Assembly (NCBI GenBank): GCA_040386535.1
Contig: JAZKFH010000042.1
Coordinates: forward strand, 32,001 to 96,000
Origin: Myxococcota bacterium
GTDB taxonomy: Bacteria > Myxococcota_A > UBA796 > SXON01
Direction of reading: 5' to 3'
Length of the DNA: 64,000 nucleotides
This document shows, one piece after another, positions 55,489 through 64,000 of this stretch. The first letter of the stretch is position 1; each line of letters opens with the position of its first letter. Under the pieces are notes generated by a model. It had not been told where the DNA came from. It did not search any database and worked only from the letters and a program-made list of their open reading frames with translations. Position numbers and translations under genes: made by a program.

Positions 55489-56655
55489 GTGCGCGCCACC
55501 GACTGCCCCATCCTGTACGTAGACGACGAGTCTCCCAACATCGTCGTTTTCGAATCCACCTTCGGCGAGGAGTTCGAGATCGTCTGCGCGAGCTCCGGAG
55601 AGCAGGCGTTGGAGCTGCTCGATCGCCTCCCCATCGCCGTGCTGCTGGCCGACCAGCGGATGCCCGGCATGTCGGGGATCGACCTCTGCGAGCGTGTGCG
55701 CGAATGGCACCCGGGCGTGGTGCGGATCCTCGTCACGGCGTACTCCGACCAGCGTACCGCCATCGACGCGATCAATCGCGGCGGTCTCCACCGATACCTG
55801 ACAAAGCCGTGGGACGTGTGGGAGGTTCGGCAGATCCTCGCCGAGGCCGTCACCCGCGTGCAGCTCGAGCGGACCGTCAACGCCTTGCGCGCCACCATCG
55901 CCGAGCGCAATCGCATGGTGACGCTCGGGTTCATCCGGGCGCGCATCCTCTACGACCTCGCGAATGTCACGACCACGTTGCTCATGACCAGCTCCAACCT
56001 GGAGCACGACATCAAGATCGCGTCGACCTTCCTGCCTCCCGACGTCCGGGCGAACGTCGAGCAGGAGATGGGCGAGCTGCGGCGCGCCCTCGGCTACCTG
56101 GTCGAGCTGCACGACAAGACGCGCACGATCCTCACGCGGCCGGTGCCGGCCGAACACGACGTAGGCACGATCGTGAAGGACGCGATCGAGCTCATCCGCC
56201 CTGAGGTCGGGCGGGTGGCCCGCTTCCACACCGCGGTCGCCCCGGACCTCGTGACCTGGGTGGACCGCACGGATGTCATTCGGATCCTCTTGAACTTGTT
56301 CCAGAACGCGCGGCGGGCGATCGAGTCGGCCAGCGCGGTCTCGGGGAGCGCGGTCTTGCCCGGCGAGCCCCCCGAGGGCGAGATCCACGTCGAGGCTTCG
56401 CGCGAGGGCGGCATGGTGCGGATCACCGTGTCGGACAGCGGCGTCGGCATCCCCGCCGACCAGCACGAGCGGGTGTTCCGCCCCGAGATCTCGCTGCAGG
56501 CCCGCTCCCTCGGCACCGGCCTCGGCCTGCCCATCTGCCGGGAGCTCGCGCGCGCAAACCGCGGGGACGTCGTGCTCCAACCGTCGGGGCCCCTCCCGGG
56601 CGCCTCGTTCTGCCTCCTCCTCCCTTGTCACGCCCCCGAGGTGAACGATGCCTGA
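55489..56655 (+). CDS. REC-HisKA-HATPase hybrid lacking the phospho-His (pseudokinase)
   Basis: YVDDE, ADQRMPGMSG, LTKPW receiver; NLFQNA, DSGVGI, GTGLGL; H-box position reads ILYDLAN. Confidence 0.82.
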   Translation: MRATDCPILYVDDESPNIVVFESTFGEEFEIVCASSGEQALELLDRLPIAVLLADQRMPGMSGIDLCERVREWHPGVVRILVTAYSDQRTAIDAINRGGLHRYLTKPWDVWEVRQILAEAVTRVQLERTVNALRATIAERNRMVTLGFIRARILYDLANVTTTLLMTSSNLEHDIKIASTFLPPDVRANVEQEMGELRRALGYLVELHDKTRTILTRPVPAEHDVGTIVKDAIELIRPEVGRVARFHTAVAPDLVTWVDRTDVIRILLNLFQNARRAIESASAVSGSAVLPGEPPEGEIHVEASREGGMVRITVSDSGVGIPADQHERVFRPEISLQARSLGTGLGLPICRELARANRGDVVLQPSGPLPGASFCLLLPCHAPEVNDA

Positions 56656-58525
56656 ACGCCCCCACGGCCGCCCCCTTCCCGGCTTCTGGTCCAACGCCTC
56701 CGCGCCTTCCGATGCCGCGGCGCCCGCCGCCGAACGTGTGGTGCGTGGGGTCGCCACCGACGACACGGTGCTCCCGGCGCGGGACGCCCCGTCGCAGAGC
56801 ATCGGCGGGATCCTGCAGGCGCTCCTCGCACAGGGGCTCTCCGAGTCGACCCCGCCCGAGCCGCCCGCCACCGAGCCCATCACCGACATGGCGCGCATCG
56901 AGGCGCGCATCCGTGCCCTCGCGGCGCAGGAGTCCCCGGCGCTCGTCCGCACGGCCACCGGCGTGGTGCGTGGCCACCTCGTCGCGGCGGTGTCCGACGG
57001 GCCGTTCCCGCTCCAGTTCCGGTCCATGACGGCCATCCCGGACGCGCCGTTCGACCTCGAGCTCCAGGGCTACAACTCGGTCTACCGTCTGGGCGTCACG
57101 CGGCTGGTCCGCATCGGTGACGCGGTCGCCGTGCCGCTCCCGACCCGCCTCGTGCGGATGCAGAACCGGAAGTCGCGCCGCGCGGAGGCGCCCACCGGCT
57201 TTCTCATCAGCTTCACCCACCCGGTGCTCCCCGGGCTCGAGGTGCGGCGGCCCGTGCGTGACCTCTCCCGCAACGGCCTGTCGTTCGAGACCCGCGTCGA
57301 GCAGGACATGCTGTGCGCGGGCCTGCGCCTCCGCGACATCGTGGTGACCACGCCGCTCGGCGGGGTCGTGCACTTCGACGCCGAGGTGCGCATCGTCCAC
57401 CCGCCGCGGGATGGGCGGGGGGCCGCGTGTGGCATCCGGCTGACACCGAGCAGCGAGGCGGACACCGCCCGTTGGAACCAGGTGGTCGGCACCGCGCTGA
57501 ACCCCACGACGCGCCTCGGCGCCACGTGGACCGAGGACACCTGGGACCTCTACACCGCCTCGGGCTACTTCAGCCTGTCCGGCAAGGCGCAGGCACATTT
57601 CGGCACCTTGAAGGCGCCCTTCGCCACCGTTACACGCAAGGTCGACGCCGCCCCGCAGGTTGGTTGCCAGGTGGTGTGGCCCTCCGAACGTGGCATCGAG
57701 GCGTCGCTGTCGCTGCTCAAGATCTACGAACACACCTGGTTCGGCTTCCAAATGGCGAAGCTCCAGGGCGCGCCGCCCGACGGCCACACCGGGCGCCAGG
57801 TGCTGCGCGACATCCATCTCCGGGCCTACGAGCACGCGCAGGCCGATCCCAAGCTCCGTTGGACCACCGCGCTCGTCCAGGCCTCGGCCAAGTGGAGCAA
57901 GCTCGTCCACTACGACCTGCCCGAGCGCTACGTCGACAGTGGGCTCGCCGCGGTGGTCGACTTTCACGCGCTCGAGCTCGACGTGCCCCTGCGCGCCGCG
58001 CTCCCCGATCCCAACGTCGGGCTCGCGACCGAGTCCGAGCGTGACGCGCTGCTCGAGGCCCTCATCCCGCGGCGGCCGTGGGTGTACCGCGAGGCGCTGG
58101 ACCTGGTCCCCGAGCGGTTCGACCTGCACGGGCTCCGCGCGGAGTGGAAGCGGGCCGGGCTCACACGCGAGCGCGAGCTGCTGGTGGTCCGGCGGGGTGG
58201 CAAGATGATCGCTGCGGCGACGGTCGAGTCCGCCGACCTCGGGCTCCACCTGTTCAACCTGCTCGACGTGACCCGGCTCTACGCCGTCTCCGTCGATGGA
58301 ATCCAGGCGTTCCCGGCGCTCCTCGACGCGGCGGCCGCCTGGTACCGCGCGCGTGGCCGGAGCGCGTTCACGTGCCTGCTCGAAGAGGGCTCCCCCGCCT
58401 GTGCCTCGCGATTCTCCACGCGGGACCTTGGAGCTGGGGCTCTTACCGTCCTCTCTACGGATCTGCTTCCCAGCTTCCTCGAACATGTTTCAGAGGTTAC
58501 GGCGCCCAGGCTGTCACGGGACTGA
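56648..58525 (+). CDS. PilZ-domain protein with long C-terminal alpha/beta (possibly GNAT-like) region
   Basis: RKSRR (RxxxR) and DLSRNG (DxSxxG); overlaps the upstream stop. Confidence 0.75.
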   Translation: MPERPHGRPLPGFWSNASAPSDAAAPAAERVVRGVATDDTVLPARDAPSQSIGGILQALLAQGLSESTPPEPPATEPITDMARIEARIRALAAQESPALVRTATGVVRGHLVAAVSDGPFPLQFRSMTAIPDAPFDLELQGYNSVYRLGVTRLVRIGDAVAVPLPTRLVRMQNRKSRRAEAPTGFLISFTHPVLPGLEVRRPVRDLSRNGLSFETRVEQDMLCAGLRLRDIVVTTPLGGVVHFDAEVRIVHPPRDGRGAACGIRLTPSSEADTARWNQVVGTALNPTTRLGATWTEDTWDLYTASGYFSLSGKAQAHFGTLKAPFATVTRKVDAAPQVGCQVVWPSERGIEASLSLLKIYEHTWFGFQMAKLQGAPPDGHTGRQVLRDIHLRAYEHAQADPKLRWTTALVQASAKWSKLVHYDLPERYVDSGLAAVVDFHALELDVPLRAALPDPNVGLATESERDALLEALIPRRPWVYREALDLVPERFDLHGLRAEWKRAGLTRERELLVVRRGGKMIAAATVESADLGLHLFNLLDVTRLYAVSVDGIQAFPALLDAAAAWYRARGRSAFTCLLEEGSPACASRFSTRDLGAGALTVLSTDLLPSFLEHVSEVTAPRLSRD

Positions 58526-58529
58526 CTTC

Positions 58530-61500
58530 GTGGATCCGTCGATTCCAAGGCGCCGGGATGTGAGCTGCCTCTCGCTCACGTTCTTCTACGACTACCTCGA
58601 GTCCCACGGGCTTTCCCGCACGGTTCTCCAGGAAGGGCTTCCCTATGCGCCCAGCTGGCTCGACGATCGGCTCAATTGGATCGACTTCGACACGTTCCTG
58701 GTCATGGAGGGGCGTGTCGCGCGCCTCTTCCCGGGCGTGCCCGACCTGTTCTACGACATCGGGCTCACCTTCGCCGCCACCAAGGGGCTGGGCTTCATCC
58801 GCGTCGTGATGCGCGGGCTCTTCTCACCCTACCAGATGTACGCGCGCTTTCCGACGCTCGTCGAGCGTTTCCTCTTCCCGTTCGTCAAGATCGACGTTGA
58901 ACAGGTCGACCCCTCCGCCATCCGCGCACACTACCACTTCTCGCCGGAGATCACCCCGAGCGACGCCTTCCTGGACACCGTGCGCGGGATCCTCGCGGGC
59001 GTGCCGCCGATGATGGGCGCGCCGCCCGCGCGGGTGCGGATGACCCGGCACAGCCCGCACGAGGTGGTGTTCGACATCGCCATCACCAAGTGGGTCACCG
59101 TCGGCGAGCGGCTGCGTGGCATGTGGGGCAGCGTCGCGACGGTCCCCCGGATGCGGCTCCAGAACCTGTCCGACGCCGCGACCGAGCTGGAAGACGCGAA
59201 CCGGCTCCTGCAGGAGAAGGTGACCGCGCTCACGGAGGCCAAGACCCAGCTCGACCGGAAGGTGCGGGACCTCACCGTGCTCAACGCGCTGGCGCGGGCG
59301 ACCACGAGCGAGCTCGACGCGCGCAGCATGCTCCGCCGCGCGGCCTCCACCATCTCGGAGGGCCTCGGCAAGGTGCCCGTCGCGATCCTGCTGGTGGACG
59401 GTGAGCCCGGCGGCCTGGTCGTCGCGGCCTCGCGGAGCGTCCCCCAGCCCGAGCTGGTAGAGCTGGGCGCCCTCGCGCAGGCCGACTCCCCGGGCACCGT
59501 GCGGGTGTCCCGCGCGCCGACCCGGCTGCGCCTCGCGGGGCGGTCGTGGTGGGCCAACCCGATGCGGAGCCCCGAGCGCCTCGTGGGGGCGATGCTCGTC
59601 GGGGTCGACGAGGCCGACGTCGACCCCGCGCTGCTCGAGTCGATGGCGAGCCAGCTCGCGATCTCCGTGGAGAACGCGGTGTCCTACCGGGTCATCGCCG
59701 ATCTGCGCGACACCCTCGAGGTGCGTGTACGCGAGCGCACGGCGGAGCTGGAGGAGGCCCGCACGTCGCTCGAGGACACGGTCACCCGGCTCGAGCAGGT
59801 GGATCAGGCCAAGGACCTGTTCTTCACCAACGTGAGCCACGATTTTCTCACGCCGCTCACCCTCATCCTCGCGCCGCTGGAGGATCTCGAGGTCGAGCTC
59901 GCCGCGGGCCGCCTCGGGGACGTTCAGGCCACCGTGATCGCCGCGCGCCAGAACGCGTCGGCGCTGCTCCAGATGGTCGGCGAGCTCCTCGACATCGCCA
60001 AGCTCGACGCGGGCAAGCTGCCGATCGTCCGGGTCGAGCTCGAGCTCTGCGCGCTGGTGCAGGACGTGGTCGACACGTTGCGGCCGTTGGGCGATCGCAA
60101 GAGCGTCCAGCTGTCGGCCGAGCTGTGCGAGGGCTCGGTCAGCGTCTCGGCCGACCCCGCGTTGCTCCGCCGGGTGCTCGTCAACCTCGTCGGCAACGCC
60201 ATCAAGTACGTGAACTTCCGCGATCGGGTGGTGGTCCGGGTGCGCGTCGAGGGGGACCAGGCGGTCCTCGAGGTCGACGACAACGGCCCAGGCATCGCCC
60301 CCGAGGACCAGGCCCGCGTCTTCGAGCGGTTCACGCGCGGGCGCGGCGGCGGCGCCGTCGAGGGCTCCGGGATCGGGCTCGCGATGGCCCGGGACCTGGT
60401 GCGGGCGCACGACGGTGTGGTGGAGCTGGAGAGCCGGCCGGGACACGGAGCCTGCTTTCGCGTTCGCCTCCCGCTCGACGGCAGCGCCCCCCGGGTGGTC
60501 CCTCTCCGGGAGGGAGTGCGCTCGCCCCCCTTCGTGGCCGACTCCGTGAACCTCGACCATGACGTGCCGACCCTGCTCGCCATCGACGGGGGCGCCGGCA
60601 CGCCGATCCGCTCGCGGACGCAGGTGCTCGTGGTCGAGGACAACGAGGAGATGCGGGCGTTCCTGGTCCGCATCCTCTCCCGCGAGCACCACGTCCAGGC
60701 GGTGGCGGATGCGCGCGAAGCACAGGCCATCATCGCGCGGGACATGCCGGACGTGGTGGTGTCCGACGTGATGATGGCGCACATGGACGGCCTGGAGCTC
60801 TGCCGCAGGCTCAAGGGCACCGTGGCGACCAGCGCCATCCCGATCCTGCTCGTCTCGGCCCGTCACGGCTCGGCGGCCGTGTTGCAGGCGTTCTCGGTGG
60901 GCGCGGACGACTACATCACCAAGCCCTTCTCTCCGCCCGAGCTGCTCGCGCGCGTGAACGCGCAGATCCGCATCCGGTTGCTGGCGACCACGCTCCTGCG
61001 GATGGAGAAGCAGTATTCGCTGGGGGTGCTCTCCTCGGGCATCGCCCACGAGATGCTCAACCCCGTCAACGCCGTGATCAACGCCGTGTCGCCGCTGCGG
61101 CGCTCGTTCGAGCGGTTGGGCGCCAGCGCCATGAACCGCGACTCCCGCCAGGCCGAGGCCCTGATCGAGGCGATCGAGGTGTCCGGGCACCGCATGCACA
61201 GCGTCGTGAAGGGCATCCTCGCGTACACCCGCCAGGAGCAGACCCCGCGGGCGCAGTCGGGGCGCCTGTCCGAAGAGATCGACGCGATCCTGACCATCCT
61301 GGAGTACCGCACGCTCGGCGTCACCATCCATCGCCATTACGACTGGGACGAGCCCGTGCTGCACTACCCGGAGTGGATCGACCAGGTGGTGATGAACCTC
61401 CTCTCGAACGCGCTGGACGCGATGGGAGGCGGCGGAGAGGTGTGGATCCACACCGAGCGCGTGGGGGACACCGTGTGTATTCGCGTACGCGACACCGGCC

Positions 61501-61712
61501 CGGGTGTCCCACCCGAGCTGCGCGAGCGGATCTTCACCCCGTTCTTCACCACCAAGCCGCCGGGCAAGGGCACGGGGCTCGGGCTCGCCGTGGCGCGCGA
61601 AATCGTCGCCATGCACCGCGGCAAGCTGGAGCTCGATCATACCGTGCACACCGGGGCCGAGTTCGTGGTGACCCTGCCGCTCGAGCAGCCCCCGATGGCG
61701 CTGGAGGCGTAG
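58530..61712 (+). CDS. Soluble hybrid sensor kinase: N-terminal sensor - GAF - HisKA/HATPase - REC - HisKA/HATPase
   Basis: [66 protein letters not shown] 58530 follows the upstream stop. Confidence 0.9.
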   Translation: MDPSIPRRRDVSCLSLTFFYDYLESHGLSRTVLQEGLPYAPSWLDDRLNWIDFDTFLVMEGRVARLFPGVPDLFYDIGLTFAATKGLGFIRVVMRGLFSPYQMYARFPTLVERFLFPFVKIDVEQVDPSAIRAHYHFSPEITPSDAFLDTVRGILAGVPPMMGAPPARVRMTRHSPHEVVFDIAITKWVTVGERLRGMWGSVATVPRMRLQNLSDAATELEDANRLLQEKVTALTEAKTQLDRKVRDLTVLNALARATTSELDARSMLRRAASTISEGLGKVPVAILLVDGEPGGLVVAASRSVPQPELVELGALAQADSPGTVRVSRAPTRLRLAGRSWWANPMRSPERLVGAMLVGVDEADVDPALLESMASQLAISVENAVSYRVIADLRDTLEVRVRERTAELEEARTSLEDTVTRLEQVDQAKDLFFTNVSHDFLTPLTLILAPLEDLEVELAAGRLGDVQATVIAARQNASALLQMVGELLDIAKLDAGKLPIVRVELELCALVQDVVDTLRPLGDRKSVQLSAELCEGSVSVSADPALLRRVLVNLVGNAIKYVNFRDRVVVRVRVEGDQAVLEVDDNGPGIAPEDQARVFERFTRGRGGGAVEGSGIGLAMARDLVRAHDGVVELESRPGHGACFRVRLPLDGSAPRVVPLREGVRSPPFVADSVNLDHDVPTLLAIDGGAGTPIRSRTQVLVVEDNEEMRAFLVRILSREHHVQAVADAREAQAIIARDMPDVVVSDVMMAHMDGLELCRRLKGTVATSAIPILLVSARHGSAAVLQAFSVGADDYITKPFSPPELLARVNAQIRIRLLATTLLRMEKQYSLGVLSSGIAHEMLNPVNAVINAVSPLRRSFERLGASAMNRDSRQAEALIEAIEVSGHRMHSVVKGILAYTRQEQTPRAQSGRLSEEIDAILTILEYRTLGVTIHRHYDWDEPVLHYPEWIDQVVMNLLSNALDAMGGGGEVWIHTERVGDTVCIRVRDTGPGVPPELRERIFTPFFTTKPPGKGTGLGLAVAREIVAMHRGKLELDHTVHTGAEFVVTLPLEQPPMALEA

Positions 61713-61713
61713 C

Positions 61714-63690
61714 GTGTCGATCGTCCTGTTCCTCCTCGCCGCCTGTTCGGACAAGCCCGCCCCCGTGGACTCGGGCACCGCGCCCGTGGAGGAGCGCTTC
61801 AGCTTCACGACGGACGAGCACCTTCCCCTCCCCTTCGTGACGGCGGGGGATCCGGCGCCGTCCCTGGAGTTCACCCTCACGTCCACCGGTGGGCGTGACG
61901 CCGAGACGGACCTCGGTGCCGTGGTCCTGGGCGCCTTCGAGCTCGTGGGCGACATGGGTCCGCTCGGGGCGGGAGAGGCCCGGCGATACACCGTGCGATA
62001 CACCGGTGACACATCCGATCCTGTCATCGCGACGGGCGCGTTGTACCTGGAGATCGAGGAGCAGACCGCAGAGGTCTCGCTCTCCGCCGTGGTGGGCCAC
62101 CCCGACCTGCCCGAAGCGAACTGGACCAGCGACAGCTGGGGCGCCCAGACCACCATTGCGCTGCCCTCCGCCCCGTTCCCGTTCGAGGGCTCGGTCTACG
62201 ACGATGCCTCGGTGCTGGTCTTCGTCCCCGACGGCCTCGCCGACCGCGGCCAGCTCGGCGTCGTGACCCACCTGCACGGGCACGGCGCCGTCCTCGCCGA
62301 CGTCGTCCGGGTCCAACACCTGCGCGAGCAACACGCGCTCTCCGGTCGCGACGCGGTGTTGATCGTGCCCCAGGGCCCCGTCGACGCCGCCGACGGCGAC
62401 TTCGGCCGCCTCGCCGAGCCGGGCGGCTACGCCGATCTCGTCCGGGACAGCGTCTCCATCCTGTATCGGGACGGCCGCATCACCCGCCCGGAGACCGCCG
62501 CCCACGTGCTCACCGCCCACTCGGGCGGGTACCTCGCCACCGCGGCCATCGTAGACGCGGGCGGGCTCCCCGTCCACGGCGTCCACCTGTTCGACGCCCT
62601 GTACGGCGAGAGCGCCACCTTCCAGGCCTTCGCGGAGGCGGGCGGCGTCCTGCGCTCCAGCTACACCGAGACCGGCGGCACCGGCGACCTGAACCAGGCC
62701 CTCCGCGAGGACCTCCTCGACGCCGGCGTCGACATCGGCACCTTCACCGATACATCGCTCCACGATCGCGCCGTGAGCATCGCCTTCGTGGACGCGACAC
62801 ATTCCGAATGTGTCACCGACGAGCGCGCGTTCGCCCGGCTCCTCGACGCGAGCGGCCTCCCCCATCGCCCCACCGCGCCGCCTGAACTTCTCTCCGTCCT
62901 GTCCGACGGCGCCGACGCCGTGGTCACCTGGCGCGCCGACGCGGGCGGCGAAGCGTTGCGCTACCGCGTCGAGGGATCCGACAACGCGAGCCGGTGGAGC
63001 CTGCTCACCGACACGAGTGAGACCACCGCGACCGTCCCCGCCACCGCGTGGGTCCGCGTCCGCACCAGCGATCTGCGCTACGGCGACTCAGAGGCGTCCG
63101 ACACCTACGGCGGCACCGGCGCCGACTGGCTCGTGGTCGACGCCTTCGATCGTGTGCTCGACGGCAGCTGGACCAGCCCCACCCACGTGTTCGCCGCCAC
63201 CGTCGGGAACGCGCTCGGCGCCTACTCCGTCGCCACGAACGAGGCCGTCGCCTCCGGCGCGGTCCGCCTCTCGGACTACCCCCGCGTCCTCTGGCTCCTG
63301 GGCGACGAGGGCACCGCCGATCGCACCTTCGACCCCACCGAGCGCGCCGCCATCACCGCGTACGTCGACGCGGGCGGCACCTTCGTCGCGAGCGGCGCCG
63401 AGGTCGGCTACGCCACCGACGCGGAGTGGCTCGCCGAGACCCTCCACGCCGAGCTCGTCTCCGACGACGCCGACACCTCGGTCGTGGGGAGCTGGACCGT
63501 CGGCGCGGCCTACCCCGAAGACTATCCAGATGTTCTCGACGGCGAGACCGTGCTCTGGTCGTGGAGCACCGGTGGCGCCGCCGCGGTGGGCTGGGATCAG
63601 CGCGTGGTCGTGATCGGCTTCGGCCTGGAGAACCTCTCCCGCGCCCACCTCGCCGCCGCGGTCGCCGACCTGGATGCCTGGCTCGAGTGA
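61714..63690 (+). CDS. Multidomain lipoprotein: alpha/beta-hydrolase, FN3-like and GATase-like C-terminal domain
   Basis: MSIVLFLLAAC; HLHGH, TAHSGG nucleophile elbow, LFDALY; WLLGDE..F...E...I..Y...GG...SGAEVG. Confidence 0.72.
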   Translation: MSIVLFLLAACSDKPAPVDSGTAPVEERFSFTTDEHLPLPFVTAGDPAPSLEFTLTSTGGRDAETDLGAVVLGAFELVGDMGPLGAGEARRYTVRYTGDTSDPVIATGALYLEIEEQTAEVSLSAVVGHPDLPEANWTSDSWGAQTTIALPSAPFPFEGSVYDDASVLVFVPDGLADRGQLGVVTHLHGHGAVLADVVRVQHLREQHALSGRDAVLIVPQGPVDAADGDFGRLAEPGGYADLVRDSVSILYRDGRITRPETAAHVLTAHSGGYLATAAIVDAGGLPVHGVHLFDALYGESATFQAFAEAGGVLRSSYTETGGTGDLNQALREDLLDAGVDIGTFTDTSLHDRAVSIAFVDATHSECVTDERAFARLLDASGLPHRPTAPPELLSVLSDGADAVVTWRADAGGEALRYRVEGSDNASRWSLLTDTSETTATVPATAWVRVRTSDLRYGDSEASDTYGGTGADWLVVDAFDRVLDGSWTSPTHVFAATVGNALGAYSVATNEAVASGAVRLSDYPRVLWLLGDEGTADRTFDPTERAAITAYVDAGGTFVASGAEVGYATDAEWLAETLHAELVSDDADTSVVGSWTVGAAYPEDYPDVLDGETVLWSWSTGGAAAVGWDQRVVVIGFGLENLSRAHLAAAVADLDAWLE

Positions 63691-63796
63691 GACGCACCGC
63701 TTGCCGCGCCCGCGGCGTGCCTATGATCGGGTCGTGCTGCCGGACGCGCGGGGGGGCCCATGGGCCTCGGGGGGACTGGGCGCCCGGCAGCACACC

Positions 63797-64000
63797 TCAC
63801 TCCACCGGAGAAGGCTCCTTGCAACAGCGGAATCCCGTACTGTAATCGTGGTAGTCCGTGGTGTGCGCCGACGTCGTGTACCCACACCCCGCCCCGTTGA
63901 TCTCCGCGTCGGCGTAGAAGCCCCCCTTGAACGTGCCGTCCAGGTCTTCCACCCACTCGTGCAGGTTGCCGTGCAGGTCGAAGATCCCCTCCGGCGTGAC
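63797..64000 (-). CDS. FGE-sulfatase (SUMF1) domain protein, C-terminal end (5' partial)
   Basis: Hand translation: VTPEGIFDLHGNLHEWV...KGGFY...DYSTGFRCC..*; not in the ORF track. Confidence 0.85.
   Translation of the reverse strand, partial: VTPEGIFDLHGNLHEWVEDLDGTFKGGFYADAEINGAGCGYTTSAHTTDYHDYSTGFRCCKEPSPVE

Noticed and set aside
63797..64000. FGE-domain gene as maturase of the sulfatase at 32675
   Set aside because: That sulfatase lacks the Cys target, the genes are ~29 kb apart, and many FGE-domain proteins are not maturases

Overview
GC-rich bacterial window (roughly 70% by eye). The gene content (MYXO-CTERM-like tails, AgmX/PglI-type domain, TSP3/OmpA pairs, many Asp/Thr-rich lipoproteins) points to a Myxococcota-like organism. 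About 45 tightly packed CDSs. Housekeeping genes are copA, acs, pckG, trmK, a DEAD-box helicase, pntAB, a ClC-CBS channel and an MFS transporter; many secreted or lipoproteins lie between them. I saw no rRNA, tRNA, CRISPR or transposase. Best leads: (1) a signalling operon of a His-less REC-pseudokinase, a PilZ protein with a possible GNAT-like half, and a soluble double-kinase hybrid (55489-61712); (2) a purine/pyrimidine tandem-inverted-repeat array that runs into the 3' end of trmK (30136-30760); (3) a coupled operon of two duplicated OmpA-barrel plus TSP3-CTERM modules resembling a rearranged TraA/TraB (1430-8313), with an in-frame CTERM-lipoprotein fusion; (4) ultra-short, uncharged signal peptides whose starts are supported by leaderless -10 boxes. 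All product calls come from reading motifs by eye; no database search was run.
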